The notes: generated from the letters alone by a model not told the origin. Positions 1 to 10,362 are shown, counted from the first letter of the stretch. The stretch: DNA of 64,000 nt from Minisyncoccota bacterium (GCA_041660025.1 JBAZXD010000002.1:68635-132634); one strand, 5' to 3'. Translations and numbers: made by a program.

Positions 1-2
1 TC

Positions 3-131
3 GATACTGCGACGGAGGGTTCTTACTCGCTGACCTACGCCGCCACCGACGCCGCCGGCAACATCGGCTCCGCTTCCCGCCTCGTCTCCGTTGTTGCCTC
101 TACGACAGTCGCGACCTCCACCACCCCCTAG
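3..131 (+). CDS. 3' end of an exported protein with an Ig-like (DUF5011/HYR-like) C-terminal domain, partial
   Basis: Frame 3 reads DTATEGSYSLTYAATDAAGNIGSASRLVSVVASTTVATSTTP*; the Y-x-L-T-Y-x-A-T-D-x-A-G-N pattern is typical of these domains. Confidence 0.7.
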   Translation, partial: DTATEGSYSLTYAATDAAGNIGSASRLVSVVASTTVATSTTP

Positions 132-153
132 GAGAGAATATAGAATGTAGTAT

Positions 154-549
154 ATGGATATACGCGATACAAAGACGGAGAAAATACGAAGTTTCAAGGA
201 TCTGCGGGCTTGGCAGCGAGCGCACGACCTCGCCATACAAACTTATTTGCTTACGAAGAAATTTCCGAAAGAAGAACTCTTTGGTATTACTAATCAAATG
301 CGCCGCGCGGCGGTTTCAGTCCCATCCAACCTTGCCGAAGGATTCAGTAGGAAATCGAGCAAAGAAAAGACACAATTCTACGCCATTTCCAAAGGTTCTT
401 TGACAGAGCTTGAGAGTCAGTACTTGATTTCGCGCGATCTTGGCTATGTCTCCGGTCAAGAATTCGCGGATATCGAGGGGAAAATAGAGCAGGTGGGTAA
501 AATAATAACCGGACTTGCAAAATCTACCAGAATCGAACGTGCGCTATAA
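154..549 (+). CDS. four helix bundle protein (23S rRNA IVP / bAvd-like family)
   Basis: SFKDLRAWQ, FPKEELFGITNQMRRAAVSVPSNLAEG and GSLTELESQ are family signatures. Confidence 0.9.
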   Translation: MDIRDTKTEKIRSFKDLRAWQRAHDLAIQTYLLTKKFPKEELFGITNQMRRAAVSVPSNLAEGFSRKSSKEKTQFYAISKGSLTELESQYLISRDLGYVSGQEFADIEGKIEQVGKIITGLAKSTRIERAL

Positions 550-592
550 TAGGACAGCACCTACTATCTTCTATATACTAAATACTAATTCT

Positions 593-1603
593 ATGGCTAT
601 CCGCGTCGCTATTAACGGTTTCGGGAGGATCGGCAGGGCGTTCGCGCGCCGTTCACACGGACGCGATATTGAGATCGTTGCGGTAAATGACCTCGGTTCG
701 CTCGACAATCTCGCGTACCTGCTCAAGTACGACACGGTGTACGGCCGAGCGCCGTTTACGGTCGAGACAAGAGACGGCGCACTCATCATTGATGGGAAGG
801 AAGTGAAATTCTTTTCGGAGAAGGATCCGGGCGCTCTGCCCTGGAAGGACTTAGCGGTAGACGTCGTCGTGGAGAGCACCGGATTTTTTACGAACTATGA
901 AAAGGCGCAGGTGCACATCACGGCGGGCGCGCGGCGCGTGGTCATTACCGCGCCGGTGAAGGAGGAGTCGAACCTCGGTGCGACGGTGCTTGTGGGTCTC
1001 AATGAGGAAAAGCTCGCGACCTGTTCGATATCCAGCAACGCGTCCTGCACCACGAACTCGGCGAGCCCGGTCATCGCTATTCTCGACGAGGTGATCGGTA
1101 TCGAGAAGGCTGTTCTCTCCACGACGCACGCCTACACCGCTTCGCAATCCCTCGTCGACGGTCCGTCGAGAAAGGATAAGAAGGAGGGCAGAGCGGCGGC
1201 GCAGAACATCGTACCGACGACCACCGGCGCCGCGATAGCGGTTACGGAGGCGTATCCGCAACTCACAGGAAAGTTCGACGGTATATCGCTTCGCGTGCCG
1301 GTAGTCGCGGGCTCCATCGCGGATATCACTTTCGTTGCCAAGCGTCCGACGACTGCCGAGGAGGTGAACGAGCTGTTGCGCAGTGGCGCGAAGGCAGCCC
1401 GCTGGGAGGGCATCTTCACGACGACGGACGAAGAATTGGTCTCGAGCGACATCGTCGGCGAACCGTATGCTTCTATCGCCGATCTCGGAATGACACGCGT
1501 GGTCGACGGTACCTTGGTAAAGGTTCTCGCTTGGTACGACAACGAGATGGGGTATACGGAGAGCCTCGTCCGCCATGTGATCGCCGCGTCCAAAGCTCCA
1601 TGA
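593..1603 (+). CDS. gap: type I glyceraldehyde-3-phosphate dehydrogenase
   Basis: AINGFGRIGR, active site SNASCTTN, WYDNEMGY; start moved to ATG 593. Confidence 0.97.
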   Translation: MAIRVAINGFGRIGRAFARRSHGRDIEIVAVNDLGSLDNLAYLLKYDTVYGRAPFTVETRDGALIIDGKEVKFFSEKDPGALPWKDLAVDVVVESTGFFTNYEKAQVHITAGARRVVITAPVKEESNLGATVLVGLNEEKLATCSISSNASCTTNSASPVIAILDEVIGIEKAVLSTTHAYTASQSLVDGPSRKDKKEGRAAAQNIVPTTTGAAIAVTEAYPQLTGKFDGISLRVPVVAGSIADITFVAKRPTTAEEVNELLRSGAKAARWEGIFTTTDEELVSSDIVGEPYASIADLGMTRVVDGTLVKVLAWYDNEMGYTESLVRHVIAASKAP

Positions 1604-2085
1604 CCAAGGTCTATTTCGCCGCTGACCACGCGGGATTCGCGCTCAAGAATGCGCTCATCGAGCATGTCCGGACGCGCGGATACGAGGTCGAGGACCTCGG
1701 CGCGTTCGCGCTCGCTCCGGAGGATGATTATCCGGATTTTATGACGCCGCTTGCAGAGCGCGTCTCGAACGAGCCGGACAGTTGCGGCGTCATCATCGGC
1801 GGGAGCGGACAAGGGGAAGCGATGTGCGCGAACCGCATCCGCGGCGTCCGCGCCGCGGTATTCTACGGGCCGATGCGCGTGACCGCCGCGCTCGATATCG
1901 AGGGCGGTCATTCCGAGGACGGCTATGACGCGGTGCGCCTCCCGCGACGGCACAATGATGCGAACGTGCTCTCTATCGGCGCGCGCTTCGTCAGCGGTGA
2001 AGAGGCTGATAAGGCGGTCCGTGTATTTCTCGACACGCCGTTCTCCGGTTCTCCGAGGCACGCGCGCCGCCTCGCTAAATTTTAG
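1600..2085 (+). CDS. rpiB: ribose-5-phosphate isomerase B family
   Basis: AADHAGF, DYPD, GGSGQGEAMCANR, HNDANVLSIGAR; ATGA overlap with gap. Confidence 0.92.
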   Translation: MTKVYFAADHAGFALKNALIEHVRTRGYEVEDLGAFALAPEDDYPDFMTPLAERVSNEPDSCGVIIGGSGQGEAMCANRIRGVRAAVFYGPMRVTAALDIEGGHSEDGYDAVRLPRRHNDANVLSIGARFVSGEEADKAVRVFLDTPFSGSPRHARRLAKF

Positions 2086-2102
2086 AGATACACTATATAT
2101 AT

Positions 2103-2816
2103 ATGAGCATTGTCGTCCCGGCTGTGCTCCCTTCTTCGCAAAAAGACCTCGAAGAGAAGCTCGCGCTCTTTGCAAGCATCCCTTCAGTGAGCCGCGTACA
2201 GATCGACGTGGTTGACGGACGCTTCGCCTCGCCCGCATCCTGGCCGTACAACGCTCCCCACGAGCTCAACCGTATGGCCGGCCGGCACGAGCTGTTGCCG
2301 CATCTCGACCGCATCGCGTATGAGATCGACCTTATGTGTCTCGACGCCGAGCTCGCCGCTGCGAAGTGGCTCGCGCTTGGCGCGACACGGCTCACCTTCC
2401 ACGCTGAGACCGCGACCGACCTGCCGCGAATGCTCGTCTCCGCGCGCCAACGTTACGGCGCCGGATTCGCCCCCGGGCTCGTCTCCTTCGGTCTCGCGCT
2501 TAACATCGCGAGCGACCTCGTGCTCATCGAACCCTGTCTCGACGAGATAGAGTATGTGCAATTTATGGGTATCGCGCGGATAGGACGGCAGGGGCAACCC
2601 TTCGACCGACGTGTTCTCGAGAAGGTGCGCGCATTTCACAATCGCCACCCGGAGATTCCGCTCCAGATTGACGGCGGCGTTTCGCTCGAAAGTGCGCGGG
2701 AGCTCGTCGCGCTCGGCGTCTCCAACCTGATCGTCGGTTCCGGCATCCTGCGTGCGAGCGACCCCGCTGCCGCGCTTGCGGCGTTCGAAGAACTGCGGAA
2801 CCTGTACGGCATCTGA
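2103..2816 (+). CDS. rpe: ribulose-phosphate 3-epimerase
   Basis: QIDVVDG, QFMGI..GRQGQPF, QIDGGV, IVGSGI; pentose-phosphate context. Confidence 0.88.
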   Translation: MSIVVPAVLPSSQKDLEEKLALFASIPSVSRVQIDVVDGRFASPASWPYNAPHELNRMAGRHELLPHLDRIAYEIDLMCLDAELAAAKWLALGATRLTFHAETATDLPRMLVSARQRYGAGFAPGLVSFGLALNIASDLVLIEPCLDEIEYVQFMGIARIGRQGQPFDRRVLEKVRAFHNRHPEIPLQIDGGVSLESARELVALGVSNLIVGSGILRASDPAAALAAFEELRNLYGI

Positions 2817-2830
2817 GTTATACTAGACGT

Positions 2831-3688
2831 ATGGCACTTACCGACGAACAAACGCGCGCGCTCGAGAAGAAGGCGGAATCCATCCGCGAGACGATCATCC
2901 AGATGCTCGTCGCGGCGAAGAGCGGACATACCGCTGGCCCTCTGGGTATGGCGGACATCTTTACCGCATTCTATTTCCACATCCTCAATCACGATCCAAA
3001 GGATCCGGATCGGGCGGATCGAGACCGCCTCATCCTCTCCAATGGCCATATCGTACCGGTCCGGTACGCAGCGATGGCGCATGCGGGCTACTTCCCGGTC
3101 GAAGAATGCCTCACTCTGCGTGCGTTCGACAGTCGGCTCCAGGGGCACCCGGAGCGCCTGCGCCTGCCCGGGCTCGAGACTACCTCCGGCCCCTTGGGCG
3201 AAGGGCTCTCGCAAGCGGCGGGTATGGCGTACTCCTTCCGTATGGACGGCGCGAAACAGCGCGTGTATTGCCTGATGAGCGACGGCGAGCAGGAAGCAGG
3301 GAACACTTGGGAAGCGGCACTGTTCGCAGGCAAGAATAAGCTCCACAACCTCACGGCGGTAATGGACCGGAACAATATTCAGATAGACGGAATGACCGAG
3401 GATGTGATGCCGCTTGAGCCGATCGCAGACAAGTATCGTGCGTTCAACTGGCATGTGCTCGAAGTGAACGGACACGATATCCCCGCGTTCATCAGTGCGG
3501 TCGAAGAAGCGAAAACCATCTACGAGAAGCCAACGCTCATCATCGCGCACACTATTCCCGGCAGGGGCGTCCCCGAGATTGAATTCGACTATCACTGGCA
3601 CGGTAAGCCGCCGACCGCGGAAGAAGCGAAGCACTTTCTAAAAGATATCCGCACGATGGGCGGCAAGGTCCCTCACGAATATGCTTAA
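2831..3688 (+). CDS. transketolase N-terminal (TPP-binding) subunit
   Basis: SGHTAGPLG, DRLILSNGH, LQGHP, SDGEQEAG, WHGK. Confidence 0.95.
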   Translation: MALTDEQTRALEKKAESIRETIIQMLVAAKSGHTAGPLGMADIFTAFYFHILNHDPKDPDRADRDRLILSNGHIVPVRYAAMAHAGYFPVEECLTLRAFDSRLQGHPERLRLPGLETTSGPLGEGLSQAAGMAYSFRMDGAKQRVYCLMSDGEQEAGNTWEAALFAGKNKLHNLTAVMDRNNIQIDGMTEDVMPLEPIADKYRAFNWHVLEVNGHDIPAFISAVEEAKTIYEKPTLIIAHTIPGRGVPEIEFDYHWHGKPPTAEEAKHFLKDIRTMGGKVPHEYA

Positions 3689-4667
3689 TCAAGACGCAAA
3701 ATTGGCCGAAAACATATTTGCGGACGACGTACCGCAGGCGCCGACGCGCGACGGCTTCGGGAAAGGAACGGTGGAGGCGGGGAAGGCCGATACGCGCGTG
3801 GTGGTGCTCTGCGCCGACCTCGCCGAGAGCACGCGCGCCGAGTGGTTCCAGAAAGAATTTCCCGAGCGCTACGTCGAGATGGGCGTCGCCGAGCAAAATA
3901 TGGCAGCCGTCGCCGCCGGTATGGCAGAGGCGGGGAAGATACCGTTCATCGCAAGCTACGCGGCATTCTCGCCGGGCCGCAATTACGAGCAGATCCGCAC
4001 AAGCATTGCGCTCAACCGACAGCCGGTCAAGGTGTGCGGGATGCACGCCGGCGTCTCCGTCGGCCCTGACGGCGCGACACACCAGATGCTCGAGGATATC
4101 GGGATGATGCGTATGCTCCCGGGGATGACGGTCATCGCTCCTGGAGACAGCGAGGAGGCACGCAAAGCGGTCGTCGCCGCCGCGAAAACGGACGGGCCGG
4201 TGTATCTTCGCTTCGGCCGTGCGGCGACGCCGGTCTTCACGACGAGCGAGACGCCGTTTCAGATAGGGAAGGCGCTCGTGCTCTGGGAATCGGAAAAGCC
4301 GCAAGTCGCGATACTCTCGACCGGTTCTCTAAGCTATGCCGCGCTTGTCGCGGCCCGCGCGCTCGCCGAAAGCGGTATCGAGAGCATCGTACTCCACGTG
4401 CCGACCATAAAGCCACTCGACGAGGCGGCAGTACTCGAGGTGGCGAAGCGCGCGGGCCGCGTCATTACCGTCGAAGAACACCAGGCCGCCGGCGGCTTCG
4501 GGAGCGCCGTGGTGGAATTCCTTTCCGAGCACCACCCGGTGCCCGTGCGACGGCTCGGCGTGCAGGACCAGTTCGGCCAGTCGGGTACTCCCGAAGAACT
4601 TTTAAAACACTACGAGCTCGACGCTCTCCACATCACAGAGGCTGCCCATGCGTGCATTCATATATGA
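3681..4667 (+). CDS. transketolase C-terminal subunit
   Basis: ADLAEST, GVAEQNM, GPDGATHQ, GPVYLRFGR, VEEHQ. Confidence 0.95.
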   Translation: MLNQDAKLAENIFADDVPQAPTRDGFGKGTVEAGKADTRVVVLCADLAESTRAEWFQKEFPERYVEMGVAEQNMAAVAAGMAEAGKIPFIASYAAFSPGRNYEQIRTSIALNRQPVKVCGMHAGVSVGPDGATHQMLEDIGMMRMLPGMTVIAPGDSEEARKAVVAAAKTDGPVYLRFGRAATPVFTTSETPFQIGKALVLWESEKPQVAILSTGSLSYAALVAARALAESGIESIVLHVPTIKPLDEAAVLEVAKRAGRVITVEEHQAAGGFGSAVVEFLSEHHPVPVRRLGVQDQFGQSGTPEELLKHYELDALHITEAAHACIHI

Positions 4668-4674
4668 TGGGGGT

Positions 4675-4842
4675 ATGAAAAATACGATAAACTCCTATTT
4701 TGCAGTGCTCATCATCACCATCGCAGGCGCGAGCGCCGCTTGGCTCATCGTACATATGGCAAATTCCGTTTCCCTCATCACCACCTTCAGCGGCTCAGAA
4801 GCGACCTACGCGCAGCTTCAGCAGTCCATACTGAAACCGTAA
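4675..4842 (+). CDS. small single-TM membrane protein
   Basis: 55 aa MKNTINSYFAVLIITIAGASAAWLIV...; fills the intergenic gap. Confidence 0.6.
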   Translation: MKNTINSYFAVLIITIAGASAAWLIVHMANSVSLITTFSGSEATYAQLQQSILKP

Positions 4843-4855
4843 CGGTTCTTCTTAG

Positions 4856-5839
4856 TTAGAGCGTACGAACGGCGTACGAAGAGGGTGCGTCGTCGAGATA
4901 TTGTTCCAGTGCATTACGCGTGAGCAGGCTTTTCTGCGCGCCGACTTCCTGCACGACCGACATAGCATTTACCGGCCCCCAGAGAAGCGCTTCAGCAAGC
5001 GACTTTCCGAGTGCAAGTGCGGCGACGAACGTTGAAGTTGTCGCGTCGCCCGCGCCCGTGCGGTCGATCGGCGGCGAAGCATCCGGATACATCGGTACCT
5101 TGAGCGTTTCTGTGCCGTCGGAGGCGTATGCGCCGTTTCGTCCGTCGGTAATGAGCACGATCTTCGGGCCGAGCGCGCGCATCTTTTCCAGCAATGTTCG
5201 TATATCCGTCTCGCCGAGCTCCAAGATGCGCTGTGCCTCCTCTTTATTTACGGCGACGACCTCTGTCGCGGCGTAGAGCGCAGCGAGCTTCTCTTTGCCC
5301 ATCTGTATCTGGAACGTGCCGGGCTGGAAGGCAAGCTTCGTCTCGGGATGCTCGTTAAGCCACGCGACCAGCTCGCTGTGGAGCGCTTCGGCACCCTCGC
5401 CGGTCGAGGAGAGATAGAGCCACTTCGGTGCTTTAAAGCCGCTCGGAATGAGGTACGGATATGCTTCGTGCCGGATGAGGATGGTGCGCTCGGCTTCGTA
5501 CCAGAGTACGTAATGATGATTTGTCGGAATGCCGTCGTTCACGGCAACATACGTCGTATCGATACCTTCTCGGGAGAAAGTCGCAAGGATCTCTTCTCCA
5601 TACCGGTCCTTCCCGACGTTTGAGATGAATCCAGAGGAGAGGCCGAGGCGCGCGGCGGCGACTGCGGCGTTCGCCGCATTGCCTACACCCGGCACGAGGA
5701 TGGAGGCATCGTAGGGTATCTTATCGCCCCACCGCATCGAGATGGTGCAATTCTGGTTGTTGATGTCGCAGGTGACGCGCGCGTCCTTAAGCTTGATGAA
5801 CTCGTCAACAGTAGTGTCGCCGATAGCCACAAAATCCAT
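4856..5839 (-). CDS. PfkB-family carbohydrate kinase
   Basis: GNAANAAVAAARLG, NKEEA, ITDG, DRTGAGDA. Confidence 0.93.
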   Translation of the reverse strand: MDFVAIGDTTVDEFIKLKDARVTCDINNQNCTISMRWGDKIPYDASILVPGVGNAANAAVAAARLGLSSGFISNVGKDRYGEEILATFSREGIDTTYVAVNDGIPTNHHYVLWYEAERTILIRHEAYPYLIPSGFKAPKWLYLSSTGEGAEALHSELVAWLNEHPETKLAFQPGTFQIQMGKEKLAALYAATEVVAVNKEEAQRILELGETDIRTLLEKMRALGPKIVLITDGRNGAYASDGTETLKVPMYPDASPPIDRTGAGDATTSTFVAALALGKSLAEALLWGPVNAMSVVQEVGAQKSLLTRNALEQYLDDAPSSYAVRTL

Positions 5840-5871
5840 AGAAATATTCTAGCACGTGGTACCATAAATCT

Positions 5872-6864
5872 ATGACCGACCTTGTTGCGACCGCCCGTTC
5901 GCTCTTCGCACCCGGCAAAGGCATCCTCGCCGCGGATGAAAGCGAGCATACGGCGACCGCGCGTCTCGCCGAGTACGGCATTCCCGCAAGTGCGGAGACG
6001 CGCCGGCAGTATCGCGACCTCTTCCTCGGTGCGGAGGGTATCGAACACTATCTCTCGGGCATCATCCTTTTCTCCGAGACGCTCGCTCAGAAGGGGAACG
6101 ACAAGAAATTATTTCCGAAATCGCTCGCGGCGCGCGGTATCCTCCCGGGGGTGAAGGTGGATCTCGGGACCGAGCCGATCAGCGAGAGTCCGCGGGAGCT
6201 CATCACGCACGGCCTTCTCGATCTCCCCGAACGGCTCGTCGAATATAAGAAACAGGGTGCGGTCTTCACTAAGTGGCGCGCAGTCATCCGTATCGACGGC
6301 GACGGACTCCCGACGGCGCTCGCCACCCACGAGAACGCGAAGCGTCTGGCGAGCTACGCGAAGGAGGTACAGTCGGCCGGCCTCGTGCCGATACTCGAGC
6401 CAGAAGTATTGCTCGAAGGGAAACATAGCCGCATACGGGCACGTGCGGTTATCGAAGAAACCCTGCAGACACTTTTTTCAGTACTTGCCGAGCATTCGGT
6501 TGACCGTGCGAGCGTCATCGTGAAGACGTCCATGGCGCTCTCGGGGAGCACGAGCGGAAAGAAGGATACGCCCGACGAGGTCGCCGCCGACACGCTCGCG
6601 GCGCTTATCAAGAGCGTGCCGCCCCAGGTGGCGGGCATCGTGTTTCTTTCGGGGGGACAAACGCCCTCGGTGGCAACCGCGAATCTCTCTGCGATAATGA
6701 AACAAGCGAAGAATATGAACGCTCCGTGGCCGCTCACCTTCAGCTTCGCCCGCGCGCTCCAGGAAGAAGCACTCGCCCTGTGGAAGGGGAAGGAAGAAAA
6801 TGTTCCCGCCGCGCGCTCGGCGTTCCTCGCGCGTCTCGCCCGCGTCTCCGCCGCCCTCGGCTGA
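5872..6864 (+). CDS. class I fructose-bisphosphate aldolase
   Basis: GKGILAADES, FTKWRAV, VPILEPEV, FLSGGQ, LTFSFARALQ. Confidence 0.95.
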   Translation: MTDLVATARSLFAPGKGILAADESEHTATARLAEYGIPASAETRRQYRDLFLGAEGIEHYLSGIILFSETLAQKGNDKKLFPKSLAARGILPGVKVDLGTEPISESPRELITHGLLDLPERLVEYKKQGAVFTKWRAVIRIDGDGLPTALATHENAKRLASYAKEVQSAGLVPILEPEVLLEGKHSRIRARAVIEETLQTLFSVLAEHSVDRASVIVKTSMALSGSTSGKKDTPDEVAADTLAALIKSVPPQVAGIVFLSGGQTPSVATANLSAIMKQAKNMNAPWPLTFSFARALQEEALALWKGKEENVPAARSAFLARLARVSAALG

Positions 6865-6906
6865 AAAGATTGCGTTCCAGGCTCTTTTCAGTTATATTCA
6901 GGCATT

Positions 6907-7554
6907 ATGCTTACGCTCACGGTAGAGAAGCGCGAGAAAACCGGCGCGAGCGCTCCGGCGCTCCGACGCGCGGGGTCCATCCCCGCGGTCGTGTATGGCG
7001 CGCATCACGCGTCGACGCCAATCACCGTCTCGGCGGGCGCGTTCGAAAAGATTTTGCGCGAAGCTGGCGAAGCGACCATTGTGTCGCTTTCGGGTCTCGG
7101 CGCTGCGCTCCCGACGCTTATCCACGAAGTCGACCTCGACCCGCTCACGAATCGCCCGCGCCACGTCGATTTCTATGCAGTGACCAAGGGCGAGAAAGTC
7201 GAGGTCGCCATTCCGCTCTCCTTTGAAGGAGTTTCTGCGGCTGTTGAGGCGGGCGCGAATCTCGTGAAGGTGCTCCACGAACTCGAGGTGGAGGCCGACC
7301 CGATGAGCCTCCCGCACAACATCAGTGTTGATATTTCTCTGCTCGCGGCTCTCGGCGATAAGATTCACGCAAGCGACCTCGTTCTCCCGTCCGGTATTGA
7401 GCTGGTCACGCCGCCGGAAGAGGTCATCGCGCTCGTGCAGGAAGTCGTCGAGGAGAAGGAGGAGGTCGCACCCGCCGATATCGCCTCCATCGAGGTTGAG
7501 AAGAAGGGTAAGGAAGAAGCGGCGGAAGGAGAAGCGCCGGCGGAAAACGCTTAA
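6907..7554 (+). CDS. rplY: 50S ribosomal protein L25 (long Ctc type)
   Basis: LRRAGSIPAVVYG, HVDFY, acidic tail. Confidence 0.93.
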   Translation: MLTLTVEKREKTGASAPALRRAGSIPAVVYGAHHASTPITVSAGAFEKILREAGEATIVSLSGLGAALPTLIHEVDLDPLTNRPRHVDFYAVTKGEKVEVAIPLSFEGVSAAVEAGANLVKVLHELEVEADPMSLPHNISVDISLLAALGDKIHASDLVLPSGIELVTPPEEVIALVQEVVEEKEEVAPADIASIEVEKKGKEEAAEGEAPAENA

Positions 7555-7590
7555 GGTCTCCCGAAAACATCATGCTAGAATGACCGGACA

Positions 7591-8979
7591 ATGCGCCGGT
7601 TTTTCTTTTTTGTTCTCGGATGCGCGTTCTTTCTTACGCCCTCTGCGGTGTTCGCGCAGGATATTGCACAAGCGGTCACGAACCGCCAGCAGGAACTGCA
7701 GAATCAGCTGGACGAGATCGAACGGCAGATCGCCGCGCAACAACAGCTCCTGGACAAGGCGCAGGGCCAGCGTCAAACGCTCCAGACCCAGATAGACGCC
7801 TTTAACGCGGAGATCAAGAAGACACAACTCCGGATCCAAACGATCAACCTTACGATAACGCAGTTGAATGGCGACATCGGCGTACGCAACAAAACACTCT
7901 CACAACTCTCGGCGCGGCTCACCGCGGAGAAGGAGTCGCTCGCGCAGATATTGCGGCAGACGCAGGTGCTCGACGATTACTCGGTCGTCAGTGTCGCGCT
8001 CGGCTCGAAGAGCGTCTCGGGTTTCTTCAGCGACCTGGACGCCTTCGCCTCTATTAAGAGCTCGCTCGCGAAGTCGTTCGACCAGATCGAACGGACGAGC
8101 ATCTCGACCGAGGCGGAGAAGGAGGCGCTCCAGGCACGGCTCGCGGAACAGGAACAGTTGCGCACCGTCGCACAGCTCGCTAAGCAGGCGGTACAGGCGC
8201 AAGAGCAGGAGAAACAAAAACTGCTCACCCAGACCAAGGGCATCGAGGCGAATTATCAGAAGCTCATCGCGACGAGCCAGCGGACCGCCGCGCAGATCCG
8301 CAGTGAACTCTTCTCGCTCCGCGATAGCGCGGCGATACCGTTCGGTACGGCGCTGACCTATGCGCTCGCCGCCGAGCGGGCGACCGGGACGCGCGCGGCG
8401 GTTACGCTCGGGGTGCTGAAGCAGGAAACGAATCTCGGCGAGAATCTCGGCACCGGCACGTGGCGGGTCGATATGGCGCCTCTGCGCGACCAGCCGGTCT
8501 TCGTTTATATCACGCAGACGCTCGGCTTCGACCCGGACAAGATGCCGGTCTCAAAGAAGCCCTGGTACGGCTGGGGCGGGGCGATGGGCCCGGGGCAGTT
8601 CATCCCCTCGACCTGGGTCTGCTACGGCGGATTCGTGAATACCAAAACGAATACCTGCTCGCCACCGTCGGGCGCGAATAGCTCGTTCTGGCAAGGCCCA
8701 TGGCAATATGTCGCGAGCAAGGACCGTGTTCGGAAGCTCCTGAGCGGCAGCTCGCCGAGCAATCCGTGGGACGCGCAGACGGCCATTATGGCAACCGCGA
8801 TGCTGATGGCCGATAACGGCGCAGGGAAGCAGACGCTCGCCGCAGAGCGGCTCGCGGCGATGCGCTATTTCGCCGGCTGGGCGGGCGCCAATAAACCCGC
8901 CTACGCGTTCTATGGCGACGGCGTGATGGAATTCGCGGCGAAGTTCCAGCGCGACATCGACCTGCTCGGCGGTTCCTAA
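7591..8979 (+). CDS. exported coiled-coil protein with a C-terminal lytic transglycosylase-like domain
   Basis: Signal peptide, long Q/E-rich coiled coil, QETNLG, GAMGPGQFIPSTW, NPWD. Confidence 0.8.
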   Translation: MRRFFFFVLGCAFFLTPSAVFAQDIAQAVTNRQQELQNQLDEIERQIAAQQQLLDKAQGQRQTLQTQIDAFNAEIKKTQLRIQTINLTITQLNGDIGVRNKTLSQLSARLTAEKESLAQILRQTQVLDDYSVVSVALGSKSVSGFFSDLDAFASIKSSLAKSFDQIERTSISTEAEKEALQARLAEQEQLRTVAQLAKQAVQAQEQEKQKLLTQTKGIEANYQKLIATSQRTAAQIRSELFSLRDSAAIPFGTALTYALAAERATGTRAAVTLGVLKQETNLGENLGTGTWRVDMAPLRDQPVFVYITQTLGFDPDKMPVSKKPWYGWGGAMGPGQFIPSTWVCYGGFVNTKTNTCSPPSGANSSFWQGPWQYVASKDRVRKLLSGSSPSNPWDAQTAIMATAMLMADNGAGKQTLAAERLAAMRYFAGWAGANKPAYAFYGDGVMEFAAKFQRDIDLLGGS

Positions 8980-9039
8980 GAGGAGGCGAGCGAGCTACCG
9001 GGCTTCCAAGAATTCCAGTCCTATGGTAAGCTCGGCGGA

Positions 9040-9288
9040 ATGAAGAAAGATATCCATCCCGCAGAATACCGGCAGGTCGTGTTCGAGGATCTCTCCTCGG
9101 GCGCCGCATTCCTTATCGGCTCGACCATCGCGACGACCGAAACGACGAAATTTGAGGGAAAAGAGTACCCGAAAGTGACGGTCGAGATCTCGAGCAAATC
9201 GCACCCATTTTATACCGGTGAGGACCGCACGCTCGACAAGGCCGGCCGAGTTGAACGCTTCAAACAGCGCGCAGCGAAAAAGCGATAG
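9040..9288 (+). CDS. rpmE2: 50S ribosomal protein L31 type B (no Cys)
   Basis: [26 protein letters not shown]. Confidence 0.95.
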   Translation: MKKDIHPAEYRQVVFEDLSSGAAFLIGSTIATTETTKFEGKEYPKVTVEISSKSHPFYTGEDRTLDKAGRVERFKQRAAKKR

Positions 9289-9393
9289 AACCATCCCGCC
9301 TGCATCGTTGCGGGCCCCGGCGATTTTCTCCGCCGTACCTCAGGTACGTCTCCGAAAATCGCCCGCCCGCGCCTTGCATCCGAGGCGGTTCTA
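9286..9393. repeat. TA-flanked long imperfect palindrome (MITE/RPE-like)
   Basis: Termini TAGAACC...GGTTCTA, nested stems GGCGATTTTC/GAAAATCGCC and CGTACCT-C-AGGTACG; starts at the rpmE2 stop codon. Confidence 0.75.
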
Positions 9394-9417
9394 TCACTTT
9401 TCTGGTATCTTGATTCA

Positions 9418-10362
9418 ATGGAGTATTCTCCGGACTTTAAGAAAAATTTCGCAACCGCATACCTCGCGGAGGAATACGAACGCCTTCTGAAAGAGGCGGC
9501 GGACGCGCGCGCTTCGGCCGGGACCGACGCGGAACTTCTGCAGATGGCGGAAGAGGATGAAACTCGTGTGCGTATTCGACAGGCGGCCATCCTCGCCGAG
9601 ATAGAACAGATACTCGCCAAGGAGAAGGAGGAGGTTGCGAAGCCGATCTCGGTCGTGATGGAATTGCGAGCCGCCGCCGGCGGCGACGAGGCGTCTCTCT
9701 TCGCGCACGAGCTTAAAGATATGTATAGGACATATGCCGAGGGCCGCGGATGGAAGGCACGTTCTATCGACGACCTCACGCTCGAGATATCCGGCGCCGA
9801 TGCGTATGACGCACTACGTTACGAGACTGGCGTGCATCGGGTCCAGCGCGTCCCCTTGACCGAGAAATCGGGCCGCATCCACACCTCGACCGCCTCGGTC
9901 GCCGTACTGCCGATACGCCTGAAGCCGAAGTTTGAGATAAGTCCGGCCGATATCGAGATGGAATTCTCGAGAAGCGGCGGAGCAGGCGGGCAGAACGTGA
10001 ACAAGGTCGAAACGGCCGTGCGGCTCATCCATACGCCCACCGGCATCGATGTGCGCTCTTCGTCAGAACGCAGTCAGCTCGCCAACCGCGAGAAGGCCCT
10101 ACAGATCCTCTCGGCCAAGCTCGAGCAGATGCATGACGAGAAGGAGGCGCGGGAGCATGCCGCGGAGCGCAAGGAACAGATAGGCACGGGCGACCGCTCA
10201 GAGAAGATACGCACCTATAACTACCTTCAGGACCGCATTACCGACCACCGCATCAATGAGTCGTGGCACAATCTGCCGAAGAAGATGGCAGGCGATATCG
10301 GCGATATCGTCGAGGCGCTCCGCTTGCATAGCGGCCAAGATTCGGGTACAGTAGCGGGATAA
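9418..10362 (+). CDS. prfA: peptide chain release factor 1
   Basis: [12 protein letters not shown] (PxT motif), [16 protein letters not shown]; short N-terminal domain. Confidence 0.95.
   Translation: MEYSPDFKKNFATAYLAEEYERLLKEAADARASAGTDAELLQMAEEDETRVRIRQAAILAEIEQILAKEKEEVAKPISVVMELRAAAGGDEASLFAHELKDMYRTYAEGRGWKARSIDDLTLEISGADAYDALRYETGVHRVQRVPLTEKSGRIHTSTASVAVLPIRLKPKFEISPADIEMEFSRSGGAGGQNVNKVETAVRLIHTPTGIDVRSSSERSQLANREKALQILSAKLEQMHDEKEAREHAAERKEQIGTGDRSEKIRTYNYLQDRITDHRINESWHNLPKKMAGDIGDIVEALRLHSGQDSGTVAG

Noticed and set aside
154-549. Diversity-generating retroelement (Avd-like gene)
   Set aside because: No reverse transcriptase and no TR/VR pair differing at adenines in the window; sequence to the left is unseen
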